Assembly: GCA_017469925.1 (NCBI GenBank)
Contig: JAFUFK010000003.1
Location: 13,281-77,280 of the forward strand
Length of the DNA stretch: 64,000 nucleotides
Reading direction: 5' to 3'
Source: Bacteroidaceae bacterium
GTDB lineage: Bacteria; Bacteroidota; Bacteroidia; Bacteroidales; Bacteroidaceae
Positions 35,075 to 44,100 of this stretch are shown one piece after another; position 1 is the stretch's first letter; each line of letters opens with the position of its first letter. The notes beneath the pieces were generated by a model, which saw only the letters and a program-made list of their open reading frames with translations, was not told the origin of the DNA and ran no database searches. The position numbers were made by a program, and so were the translations under genes.

Positions 35075-35478
35075 TTTCTCTTCCAGTTTTCAAAGAATTC
35101 AGGACAATACCATACGAGTTGATAGTCGTGGTCCATAAACACCTGCGTACTGCGCCCTGTGGCATAGACCTCGCCATCTTCCGGATTGTATATCTTGTAG
35201 TCAAACACTATCTTGGCGGCATCGCTGGGCACATAGGTGATGCTGATGCGGGGATGCATGCCGTAGAGCAACGGGCGGCGGAAGTTGAACGTCAAGTCCA
35301 CCAGCGGGGCAAAGAAGCCCTCGTCGTAGTAGCGCGAATAGGACAATTCGTATTGTTCGCCGAAAGCCTCGCGGGCATCCTCGAAGTAGAGCGAATACGA
35401 GCCATGCCACACGACGTTCATCGAATCGACTTCGCTGAAACGTATGGTCAGGTCTTTCTCCGTAGTCAGGGTTTTCAT
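35065..35478 (-). CDS. 4HBT/YbgC-type hot-dog thioesterase
   Basis: IRFSEVDSMNVVWHGSYSLYFEDAREAF matches the 4-hydroxybenzoyl-CoA thioesterase family N-terminus. Confidence 0.7.
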   Translation of the reverse strand: MKTLTTEKDLTIRFSEVDSMNVVWHGSYSLYFEDAREAFGEQYELSYSRYYDEGFFAPLVDLTFNFRRPLLYGMHPRISITYVPSDAAKIVFDYKIYNPEDGEVYATGRSTQVFMDHDYQLVWYCPEFFENWKRKWL

Positions 35479-35482
35479 GTGC

Positions 35483-35932
35483 TCAATCTTTCTTTAGTGC
35501 ATCTTGAGACTCCTCTCGCTTAATCGCAATCTTCATTTCGGCCTGGACGAGCAGTTCGTCGCCACTACGCACCTCGGCATCGACCATCGTCATGCCGAAG
35601 ACTTCCTCCTTGACGCGAATGGTGGTCGTCAGGCGTTCGCCCACATGGGGCGTGCGCAGTATCGTAAGGTCGCGTATGGCACCGATGTAACCGATGCCTA
35701 CAGGCCGATGGCTGATGTAGTTGATGTAGCCGATGCGCGTGGCACAGGTCTGGGCAATGTTCTCTATAAGTCCCGTCTCCATCAGGTGGTCGCCCTCCGT
35801 AAAGAGCCCGTCGCTGCGCACCTCGAACTCGGTAGTCACCACCTCCTGCGTGAAATGCACCAGATGGTCCACAAGCACGATGGGCGGCCGCTGGGGCAGC
35901 AAGTCGAGTATGTCTATCTCTCGCAGTTCCAT
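35483..35932 (-). CDS. hot-dog fold dehydratase (second DH)
   Basis: ORF 35483-36010. The start was chosen at ATG 35932 (MELREIDILDLLPQRPPIVLVD), with ATG 35953 as an alternative. The LLPQRPP..LVD N-terminus is FabZ-like. Confidence 0.55.
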   Translation of the reverse strand: MELREIDILDLLPQRPPIVLVDHLVHFTQEVVTTEFEVRSDGLFTEGDHLMETGLIENIAQTCATRIGYINYISHRPVGIGYIGAIRDLTILRTPHVGERLTTTIRVKEEVFGMTMVDAEVRSGDELLVQAEMKIAIKREESQDALKKD

Positions 35933-35936
35933 GTCC

Positions 35937-36821
35937 TTATTGCCAAAATTCATAGAAGTTGAACCACTGGTGGGGGTAACGGTGCAAAATTTGGCCCATT
36001 TCATCGGCAAAATGCTGGGCCATCTGCTCCATGCGCTGGCGGCGAGGCAACAAAGCGTCAGCCTCGACGGGGCGCACCACGATGCGGTAACGGCGGACCG
36101 ACTCCTTCATCACGAACAGGGCCAAGGCAGGCACCTCGCGCTGGACGGCCAAGGCAAACGGCCCCAAGGGGAAACGTGCGCGAGCGCCCAGGAAGTCGCA
36201 CTCGACACTGCGAGGCGAACCAAACACGCGGTCGGCCGGCATGCTGACGATGTTGCCCTCGGCAAGTTGCGTCGAAAGGGTATAGACGTGACTCATGTCG
36301 TCGCTCACAGGCACCATGCGCACATGGGTGGCCTCGAACATGCGCCGGCGCTGCTCCATCACGGTCTCCGTCTCGCCCTGGAACACCAAGGCATAGAGCC
36401 ACTTCTGCCGAGGCCGCATCGAGTAGCCCGAGAGTTCGTAGTTACCTACATGACTGCTCAGGAGCATCAGCCCCGGCTCGCCCTGCTCCAACTGGTCGAG
36501 CAATTCCTTGCCCTCGAACTCGAACTGGAACGTCTGCCCGGCAAACATGGCAAAGCGATCGACGATGACCTGCCCAAAGCGGAAGTGCTGGGCATAGACG
36601 TCGGACAGCGCCTGCCAGGGACGGCGCCCGAGACGATGGCGGAAGTAGCGATACGAGGCACGGCACCCGCCGCGATTACGAAACATGTAGAAAGGCACCA
36701 TCCACCCCATACAGAAGTACGGGACGACGAGGGGCGTATGGCGGAACCACCGGACCAGCGTGCGCTGCATCCAGGGTGTGCCCCCCGTGTTACCTTTCCA
36801 CTGTTCGTGTGCGTACGGCAT
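35937..36821 (-). CDS. LpxL/HtrB-like lysophospholipid acyltransferase (LPLAT) family protein
   Basis: SSHVGNYE (HX4E variant of the acyltransferase motif), with the length and N-terminal membrane segment typical of lipid A late acyltransferase-like proteins. Confidence 0.6.
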   Translation of the reverse strand: MPYAHEQWKGNTGGTPWMQRTLVRWFRHTPLVVPYFCMGWMVPFYMFRNRGGCRASYRYFRHRLGRRPWQALSDVYAQHFRFGQVIVDRFAMFAGQTFQFEFEGKELLDQLEQGEPGLMLLSSHVGNYELSGYSMRPRQKWLYALVFQGETETVMEQRRRMFEATHVRMVPVSDDMSHVYTLSTQLAEGNIVSMPADRVFGSPRSVECDFLGARARFPLGPFALAVQREVPALALFVMKESVRRYRIVVRPVEADALLPRRQRMEQMAQHFADEMGQILHRYPHQWFNFYEFWQ

Positions 36822-37066
36822 CAGGCGTTGACTTTCGATTCGATGTAGTCGCAGAACTTGTGCAGCGTATCTACGCCAGCCATTTCTTCGGGCTTAATCT
36901 TAAAGCCGAAGTTCTTCTCCACAATCACGACGATGTCCACGAAGTCGAGGCTGTCGATGCCCATGTCGTCCTTCAGTTTGGCGTCGTCGAAAATCTTTTC
37001 TTCTTCAATCTCCAGGTCTTCGATGAGGAAGTTCCTCACCTTTTCTTCAATTTCTTGTCTTGTCAT
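36821..37066 (-). CDS. acyl carrier protein (first ACP)
   Basis: ORF 36821-37114 trimmed to ATG 37066, 4 nt after the methyltransferase stop. It carries GIDSLDFVDIVV with the phosphopantetheine serine. Confidence 0.8.
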   Translation of the reverse strand: MTRQEIEEKVRNFLIEDLEIEEEKIFDDAKLKDDMGIDSLDFVDIVVIVEKNFGFKIKPEEMAGVDTLHKFCDYIESKVNA

Positions 37067-37070
37067 ATCT

Positions 37071-38183
37071 TTAAATCTTTCCATTTTTCCTGCATACCAT
37101 GATGCTGTGGCCATACCCGATGTGGTCGTGCATGGTCTCCAGTTCCAGTCCGGCCTCGCGAACGAGCCGGAGCATGTCGTCGCTGTGGTACATCTTGCTG
37201 TTGCCGTTGGCCAGGGCCGTGAAATAGAGGCTCGTCATGGTCAGGGCAAAGGCAGCGCTCTCATATTTCTGGCGGTCCCAGAAGGTCTCCATGACGTAGA
37301 GCCGGGTGTCGTCGGTCATGGCCGCCCGTGCCCGACGTAGGATGCTCACAATCTCCTCCTCGCCGAAGCAGTCGAGGAATTGCGACATCCAGATGGCATC
37401 CAGCCCACCCTCGCGCTGCGGGAAGAGGGCTTCGGGGTCGAGCAGGTTGATGCCGTGCCCCTTGATGCGCCCGGCACCGGGCTTGTCGGCGGTGTTCGTC
37501 CTCATCAGTCCTATCTGCTGGGGCAGGTCGAGGATGGTAACCTCCACTTCGGGGTCGAACGCCACACACTGGAGGGCCCACTTGCCCGTATTGCCGCCCA
37601 CGTCGTAGAGCGAACGGGTGTGGTGCCGGCGGAAGACAATCTCCAGTGCCTCGGCAAAGGAGTTGTCGCTATAGAAATGGTCGAAGCCGAACCAACTCCG
37701 CTGCACCTGCGGGGGCAGGCTCGAAAGCCCCTCGTAGATGGTGGGCCAGGGGCCGAAGTGCTCCAACCCGGCGGGCCGTCCCTCGCACAGCGACTCCTCC
37801 AGCCGATGCCAACCGATGTAGTTGACATCGTGGTTGAAGTCCATATCCACCTGGTGCGACGGATCGACCAGCAGATACCACCCGGCCCGCGTCAGCGTAT
37901 AGCGGTCGCTCTCGGGGTCGATGACAATGGTACCGATGCTCAGCGAGGCCTCCAGCAACACCTTTGCGGCATAGGGCGAGAGCCCGCACTGTCGGGCCAC
38001 CTCGGCCTCAGTCAGTCCCTCGGCACTCTCGCGCAGGGCCTTCAGCACGCCGAACTTCACCATCAGCCGTGTGGCTTGGAACACCACAGGCCCCCAAGCG
38101 ATGAGTTCGGCCAGATGCTGCGCCTCGTGGGCCGACATCCGGTCCTCGCTGTATGCCTTACGCAGATTCGTATTTAGGTTCAT
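37071..38183 (-). CDS. class I SAM-dependent O-methyltransferase (winged-helix dimerisation domain + MTase)
   Basis: SAM motif I in LYDVGGNTGKWA, with an N-terminal HTH-like dimerisation region. The start could instead be ATG 38138. Confidence 0.7.
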   Translation of the reverse strand: MNLNTNLRKAYSEDRMSAHEAQHLAELIAWGPVVFQATRLMVKFGVLKALRESAEGLTEAEVARQCGLSPYAAKVLLEASLSIGTIVIDPESDRYTLTRAGWYLLVDPSHQVDMDFNHDVNYIGWHRLEESLCEGRPAGLEHFGPWPTIYEGLSSLPPQVQRSWFGFDHFYSDNSFAEALEIVFRRHHTRSLYDVGGNTGKWALQCVAFDPEVEVTILDLPQQIGLMRTNTADKPGAGRIKGHGINLLDPEALFPQREGGLDAIWMSQFLDCFGEEEIVSILRRARAAMTDDTRLYVMETFWDRQKYESAAFALTMTSLYFTALANGNSKMYHSDDMLRLVREAGLELETMHDHIGYGHSIMVCRKNGKI

Positions 38184-38694
38184 TCTTCTTGATAATGCGG
38201 TTGGCGCGTTTCAGTTCCCGCTTCAGCAAATTGCCAGTAACCTTGCCTGTATGTTCGGCACCGTCCTTTATCAGGTTCAGTTTAGTCCCGAATATACCGC
38301 CTTTGGCCGTGATGTACCTGATCGAGGCCTCAACCTGTTCGCCATTCATCACGTACAAATCGCACACAAAATCGCCACGAGAGCTGATGCTGTTCACTAC
38401 GACCCTCAGCCGGTAGTCGGTCTTCAGGTGGGAACCCAGGCGCAACATGCCCGACAGGCGGTCGGCCACCTCGCCGAGGAAGTCGGCAACCACCCTGGGC
38501 TGGTCCTTGTCCCAGTCTTCCTCATATACGGCGAAGTCTTCCTCGCTCATTCCGTGGATGGAGGCTTCGGAGAAGTCAATTTCAAACTTGGCCTTTCCCT
38601 CTTGGGCCAGTCCTACGAACGAGCCCGAAATGGTCTGCCCGTAGGTCATCACTGTCAGGGCTATGCCCACAAATGTCAAAAATAATCGTTTCAT
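38158..38694 (-). CDS. hypothetical secreted protein (cluster-embedded)
   Basis: ORF 38158-38727 trimmed to ATG 38694 (signal MKRLFLTFVGIALTVMTYGQ). No family recognised. Confidence 0.4.
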   Translation of the reverse strand: MKRLFLTFVGIALTVMTYGQTISGSFVGLAQEGKAKFEIDFSEASIHGMSEEDFAVYEEDWDKDQPRVVADFLGEVADRLSGMLRLGSHLKTDYRLRVVVNSISSRGDFVCDLYVMNGEQVEASIRYITAKGGIFGTKLNLIKDGAEHTGKVTGNLLKRELKRANRIIKKNEPKYESA

Positions 38695-38707
38695 AGCGTT
38701 TCTCTTT

Positions 38708-39934
38708 TTATAGTTTCCGGAAAACAAGGGCTGAGTTGGTGCCGCCGAAGCCGAAGGAGTTGGAGAGGACGAGGCGGAGGTCGATGTCCTCGATGGTGTG
38801 GTCGGCCAGACGCAGGGGGGCGGCGTACTCGTCGGGGTGTTCGAGGTTGATGTTGGGAGCCACGAAGCGGTCGCGCATCATCAGCAGGCAATAGACGGCC
38901 TCGCTGGCTCCGGCCATCCAGCACTCGTGGCCCGTCATCGACTTGGTGCTGCTGATCCAGGCCTTCTTGCCATGGAACAGGCGGTCGAGGGCCATGGCCT
39001 CGTACATGTCGCCCTGGTGGGTGCTGGTGGCGTGGGCGTTGATGTAGTCGATGTCGTCGGGCGCGACGCCGGCGTCCTGCATGGCACGTTGCATGGCCGT
39101 GAGGCTGCCCTCGTCGCTGGGTTGCGAGATGCCGCCGCCGTTCGACGAGAATCCGTAGCCCACGACCTCGCCCAGTATGGCGGCTCCGCGCCGGATGGCG
39201 TGGTCGTAGTCCTCCAGGACGAGGGCTGCCGCGCCTCCGCTGGGGATGAGTCCGTCGCGGTCGCGGTCGAAGGGGCGGCTGGCCCGCGTGGGCTCGTCCA
39301 TGCGTTTCGAGAAGGCGCCCAGGGCGTCGAACGTGGCCATCGAGTAGTAGTTGGTCTCCTGCGCACCGCCGCACAGTACCATCTCCTGCATGCCCTGCTT
39401 TATGAGCATGTAGCCCAGCCCGATGGAGTGGCTGCCGCTGGCGCAGGCCGCACTGACTGTGAAGTTGACGCCGCGCAGGTGGAAGATGGTGCTCAGGTTC
39501 ATGTTCACCGTCGAGTTCATGCACTGGAAGATGAGTCCCGAGCCGAGCAGGGCCGAGTCGTGTTTCTCGTCCATGATATGGGCGGCCTCGATGACGGGCC
39601 GGGCCGACGAGTCGTTGCCGAAGATGGCACCCACCTCGTTGGCTCGCAGATAGTCGTCGTCGATGCCGGCCATGGCGAAGGCCTCGCGCGAGGCCATGTA
39701 GGCATACTCGGCCTCCTCCGACAGTCCCACGCGCAGGCGGCGGTCGATGACGCCCTTCAGTTGGGGCCGTTCGACGATGCCCGTCAGGGCACTCTGGTAG
39801 CCGTACTCGAGCCGAGCCTCCTCGAGCCCAATGCCGCTACGCCCCTGGCGCAGCGACTCGGCCACCTCTTCCGTACTTTTTCCCAGGCACGACCATACGC
39901 CTATGCCCGTTACCACTACTCTATTGCTTGCCAT
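38708..39934 (-). CDS. beta-ketoacyl-ACP synthase I/II family
   Basis: ORF 38708-39967 trimmed to ATG 39934 (MASNRVVVTGIGV). It carries SAACASGSHSIG (Cys), NAHATSTHQGD, SFGFGGTNS. Confidence 0.85.
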   Translation of the reverse strand: MASNRVVVTGIGVWSCLGKSTEEVAESLRQGRSGIGLEEARLEYGYQSALTGIVERPQLKGVIDRRLRVGLSEEAEYAYMASREAFAMAGIDDDYLRANEVGAIFGNDSSARPVIEAAHIMDEKHDSALLGSGLIFQCMNSTVNMNLSTIFHLRGVNFTVSAACASGSHSIGLGYMLIKQGMQEMVLCGGAQETNYYSMATFDALGAFSKRMDEPTRASRPFDRDRDGLIPSGGAAALVLEDYDHAIRRGAAILGEVVGYGFSSNGGGISQPSDEGSLTAMQRAMQDAGVAPDDIDYINAHATSTHQGDMYEAMALDRLFHGKKAWISSTKSMTGHECWMAGASEAVYCLLMMRDRFVAPNINLEHPDEYAAPLRLADHTIEDIDLRLVLSNSFGFGGTNSALVFRKL

Positions 39935-39936
39935 AT

Positions 39937-39971
39937 AACTCTTAACTCTGAACTTTGCACTTTGCACTTAC
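39937..39971. repeat. 7-nt-periodic tandem repeat (AACTCTT AACTCTG AACTTTG CACTTTG CACTTAC) at the fabG/KAS junction
   Basis: The fabG stop (39968-39970) lies inside the array, which ends 2 nt from the KAS start codon (39934). Confidence 0.85.
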
Positions 39972-40699
39972 GTATATAGTCCGCCGTTGATGCTGATGAC
40001 CTCGCCCGTGATGTACGAAGCCGCGTCGGACAGCAGGAAGCCCACCAGTTCGGCCACCTCCTCGGGACGTCCGAAACGCTTCATGGGCACCAGTTCGCGC
40101 AACTCCTCCTGGGGCAGGTCGGCGGTCATGTCGGTCTCGATGAAACCGGGTGCAACGGCGTTGACCGTCACCCCGCGCACGGCCGTCTCCTGGGCCAGGG
40201 CCTTGGTGGCTCCGACGAGGGCGGCCTTGGCCGCGCTGTAGTTGGTCTGGCCGGGCAGTCCCTTGAGGCCCGAGAGCGAGGCCATGTTGACGATGCGCCC
40301 GCCGTGGCGGCGTCGCATCATCTGGGGCAGCAGTCGCTTCGTGACGTAGTAGAATCCGTTGAGCGACGTGTCGAGCACCGCGTGCCAGTCGGCCGAGGGC
40401 ATCATGAACATCATACCGTCGCGCCGTATGCCGGCGTTGTTCACGAGGTAGGCTATGTAGTCGTCGGGGTGCCGCTCCTGCCAGCCGTCGAGGGCCGTCT
40501 CTACCTGGGCCTCGTCGCCGACGTCGAAGGGCAAGAGTTCGGCCCGTCCGCCCATGGCCCGAATCTGTTCGGCGACCTCCTCGGCAGCCGCCCGATTGCG
40601 CTGGAAATTGACGATGACAGGCAGCCCCATCTGGGCCAGTTTCAGGCACACTGCGCGCCCGAGCCCGCGCGAACCACCCGTCACTAATGCGTATTTCAT
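39968..40699 (-). CDS. fabG: 3-oxoacyl-ACP reductase (SDR), first gene of the long cluster
   Basis: ORF 39968-40777 trimmed to ATG 40699 (MKYALVTGGSRGLGRAV). It carries NNAGI and YSAAKAAL (YxxxK). Confidence 0.85.
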   Translation of the reverse strand: MKYALVTGGSRGLGRAVCLKLAQMGLPVIVNFQRNRAAAEEVAEQIRAMGGRAELLPFDVGDEAQVETALDGWQERHPDDYIAYLVNNAGIRRDGMMFMMPSADWHAVLDTSLNGFYYVTKRLLPQMMRRRHGGRIVNMASLSGLKGLPGQTNYSAAKAALVGATKALAQETAVRGVTVNAVAPGFIETDMTADLPQEELRELVPMKRFGRPEEVAELVGFLLSDAASYITGEVISINGGLYT

Positions 40700-40739
40700 C
40701 TCAGTCCTTGTCGTGTTTATATTATAATATAAAAGCGCG

Positions 40740-40747
40740 CAAAGGTA
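40740..40747 (-). promoter_or_regulatory. -7 promoter box (TACCTTTG on the minus strand) for the 25-gene cluster
   Basis: Matches the TAnnTTTG consensus, 41 nt upstream of the fabG start. No other box was seen inside the cluster junctions. Confidence 0.5.
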
Positions 40748-40837
40748 CGAAAAAAACGGGACTCCCCCAAATCTCAACCGTTAATAATTACTACGTGCGG
40801 CAGCGCTTGTAAACATTTTTCCGTCCTCCCCGGGGGC

Positions 40838-40960
40838 CGTCCGGAACCTGCCGCCGAAAGTAATGTTAACCTATCGGCCGAGATAATATTAACTTCCGGC
40901 CATCGGTTAACATAACCTGGGGGCGTAGGTTAACATTACTTTCAGGCGTAAGCTTCCGAC
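40838..40960. repeat. GTTAAC-rich ~122-bp imperfect palindromic element, copy A
   Basis: Outer arms GAAAGTAATGTTAACCT (40856-40872) and AGGTTAACATTACTTTC (40927-40943), extended by CGGAA...TTCCG. About 90 percent identical to copy B at 59301-59422, in the same orientation. Confidence 0.85.
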
Positions 40961-41159
40961 CCCCAGCGAGATGCCCCTCCTTCGTGTTGTAAACCAGTGC
41001 GTTAACCTCTACAGCAAAAGATGGGGCAGACACCCTCGTGCCTGCCCCATCCGGAAGCGTCTCGTTGTAAAAGTTTTTCACATTACCCTGCCACGACCTT
41101 GAACTGACGTTCGAGCTCGTTCACGCTCGGGCTAATCCGAACAAGTTGGGATTCGCCAC

Positions 41160-44100
41160 TCACTTTACCACGACCTTTTTGGTGCGGATGACGCCCTTGT
41201 TCTGCATCTTGATGATGTAGAGGCCGGGGGCCATGCTGGCGGTGCGGAGTCCCGAGGGATTCTTCTCGAAGCGCACCAGGCGGCCGTCGCTCGTGTATAT
41301 CCAAGCCTTCTCGGCATTGTCGATTTGCAACTGGCCACCCTGTACGTAGGCGTCGCTCACTTCGCCACGCGTCACGCGGATGCCGTCGGTAATCAGGTCG
41401 TCGGGCTCGTCGGCCACGCCCTGGTCGTGGGTGTCGATGCTACCGCGCTGGTTGGCCTCGTCGCCCGTAATCTCCACGTCGAAGTCGAGCGAGAAGCCCT
41501 TCGTGGTGAGGCCCGTAGGCAGGAAGGAGCCCTGGAACCAGGCGTCGGCAAAGACGATGCGCAGGCGACTCTTGCCCACATGGGCATCGGCGGGAATGGT
41601 GTACTCCGTCTCTACGCCCGTGGTCTCGAACTCAGGCGTTGCGGCACGCAGTTTGCCCATCATCAGGACGCGCTCGCCCAGGGGGTCGGAACCCTCGCCG
41701 GAGAGGAACTCGGTGGTGCCCAAGGGGTGGTTGAAGGTGCCGCTGCCGTCGAGGTCGAGCCAGATGCCGGCAAAGCAATATTGCAGGCCGTCGCTGTTGC
41801 CCGTAGAGGTGCGGTAGGCTGCCACGTCGGCATCCAGACCATTCTTACACTTCATGAAAATCTTTATCTTCTGCCCCTGGCTGACCTTGAGGGTCAGGTT
41901 GCGTGCGTCGGCATACTGCGAGCCGTCGGCAGGCGACGAGGTGGCGTGGTAGTCGAGATCCTGGTCGGCACCCGTGGTGGTGAAGTCGGTCACGTAGCGC
42001 ACGGCACGTGCAATGTTGGCTCCGGCGCAGTTGGGATCCATCTGGCTAATGCCGTAGGTGTCCTCCTCGACGAGTTCGGGCAGGGTGGCCTGGTCGCCAC
42101 GGGGAACTTCAACCCAAGCGACCTCGGAATAGGTCTTCAGGTCGGTGCCAACGGCGCGCACACCGATGAAGGGACGGTCGGCCTCGCTCTCGAAGTAGAG
42201 GTTGTTGACCACCGTGGCCCACTGCGTGGTGCGGCCCACCTCGGAAACGCGGCCCTCGGGACCGTTCTTGTAGAGCACCTCGAAGTGGTCGATGTTGGCC
42301 TCGTCGTTATACAGCAGGTCCCATGCGGCACGGTCGCCGGCAGCCTGATCGACATTCCAGTAGAGTTTCGCCGTCAGCGAACCCTTGGTCTCGTTCTTCA
42401 CGTCCACTACCAGGTCCTTCACGGCTGCGGGCTGTGCCTTCACGTCGTCGTTCAGTTCCAGTTTACCCACCATCATGCTATAATCGGCACTGCCGCCCGA
42501 AACGCGCAGGCCGATGCGCTCGATGACGTCGCCCGTGGAGACGGGAAGCGAGAGGGTGGTCTCCTGCCAGTTGGTGCCGCTGACATTGCCAACAGGTACC
42601 TCCTGCCAGTTGCCGCCGACGCGCACCAGTACGGAGAGGGCCGAGGCATTCTCACCATCCTTACCGCTCTTGAGGGCCACCTTGGCAACTGGATTGCCGG
42701 CAGAAACCTTCAGGTTGGTCTTGTAGAGGATGATGTCGGTCGATTTCGATGCGTCGCCCGTCAGCAGCAGGCACGAACCGCCCGTGTAGGCATCGGTGTG
42801 GGTGAAGGCAGGCTGGATGGCGGTGCTCACCGTCTCCGTACCGGCCTCGTAAACCAGCCAGCGGTAGGTGGGAACGACGTCCTGTGCAGCCATGTTGTAC
42901 CACGTGCCGGCCGTCTTCTTGCCCTTGTAGTTCCAGCGGTCGCCGTTACCCAGGTTGAAGTAGGTGGCGAAGGGCAGGTTGCCCTGGATGGCACTGCGCT
43001 CGGGGATGTATTGGGCCAGGCCCTGGAAGTTGGCCAGTGCGTTCTCGCCTTCCCATTCGATGCCGCTCTCGCGCTCAGCGGGGCGGTTGGCAGGATTGCG
43101 ATAGCCGCCGGAGAAACCGCGCTCGAGCAGGCGCTGGTAGTTCGACTGTGCGTTGTAGGCATCGGAACCGCTGTTGTAACTCCAGAAGCGGCTGTCGTCG
43201 TGTTCACCCCACAGGCAGACACCTATCTTGTGGGCCGACTCGCTGGGCGTATAGACGTACTGCCACGTGTTGTAGTCGTACTCCTGGGTATAGTCAAGGC
43301 GCTTCCAACTGCGGTTCATGGTCACAATCCACGTGCTGCCATACAGACCCTCCGACGTGCCCATCTTCTCCTCGGCCACGTCAACAGACGAGGCAAAGGT
43401 CGGGGCAAAGTTGTCGGCCGAATAGTTGAGCATCAAGTCGGTGGTCTTGCCGGTTTCCTTGGTGCCGAACAGGGCATCGGCGTTGTTCTCGGTCAGTCTG
43501 CTGGAAAACGTGTACATGCCGATGTGGAAGTTCTTGAAGCCCTGGGCCTCAGCCTCCTTGTAGAGTGCCTTGTGGAAGGCCACGACGTCGGGGTCGTCAT
43601 AACCCGAGGCCTCGAAGTTGTAGTTGATGCCGTCGCTGCCGAAGAAGAGCAGGCAGTTGATGAGGGGCTTCACGTAGCGATAGGTTCCATCGTCATTCTT
43701 AATGGTAATCATGCTCACGTAACTGTTGGCATCGCCCGTGCGACCGCCCGTCGTGTCGAAGAACTTGATACCCGACATGATGTCGGTGCCGTTCTTGTGG
43801 GCAGCATCCACCCAGCAGCCGGGGGCCTGGAAGATGGAGTGGTTCCAGGAACCGAACAGGTTGGTGTAGTTCCACATCGAGAAGACGTCGCTGGCGAAGT
43901 TGGCCGTGGGATAGCCGGCATCGCCGCCCTTACCCGAACCCATGGGGATGTTCATCCACAGGTTGCGGTTCTCGTAGGTCGAGGGTACCACGCGGTCGGC
44001 ACGGCTCATGATGTCGGCACGGCGCACGTGGGAACGAACGAAGGCAATGTCGGCCTGCTGGATGCCGGCGGCTTCGAACTCGGCTGCCGTGGGATAGTTG

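Noticed and set aside
38691-39524. A 277-aa R/P/H-rich minus-strand ORF, together with 13864-14376, 18320-18919, 60126-60830 and 39942-40649.
   Set aside because: These are alternative frames of clearly identified genes (KAS, rfbB, hydrolase, M16, fabG). Their compositionally biased translations are typical of off-frame GC-rich sequence.
18031-40699. Calling the cluster a flexirubin locus or a carotenoid locus.
   Set aside because: No DarA/DarB-type dialkylresorcinol genes and no tyrosine/histidine ammonia-lyase are present, which argues against flexirubin. No phytoene or squalene synthase or prenyl-diphosphate synthase is present, which argues against a carotenoid. Only the broader APE-like label is defensible.
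40866-41081. A 71-aa minus-strand ORF in the fabG upstream region.
   Set aside because: It is read straight through the GTTAAC palindromic repeat, has no promoter box or family resemblance, and is most likely an artefact of the repeat.
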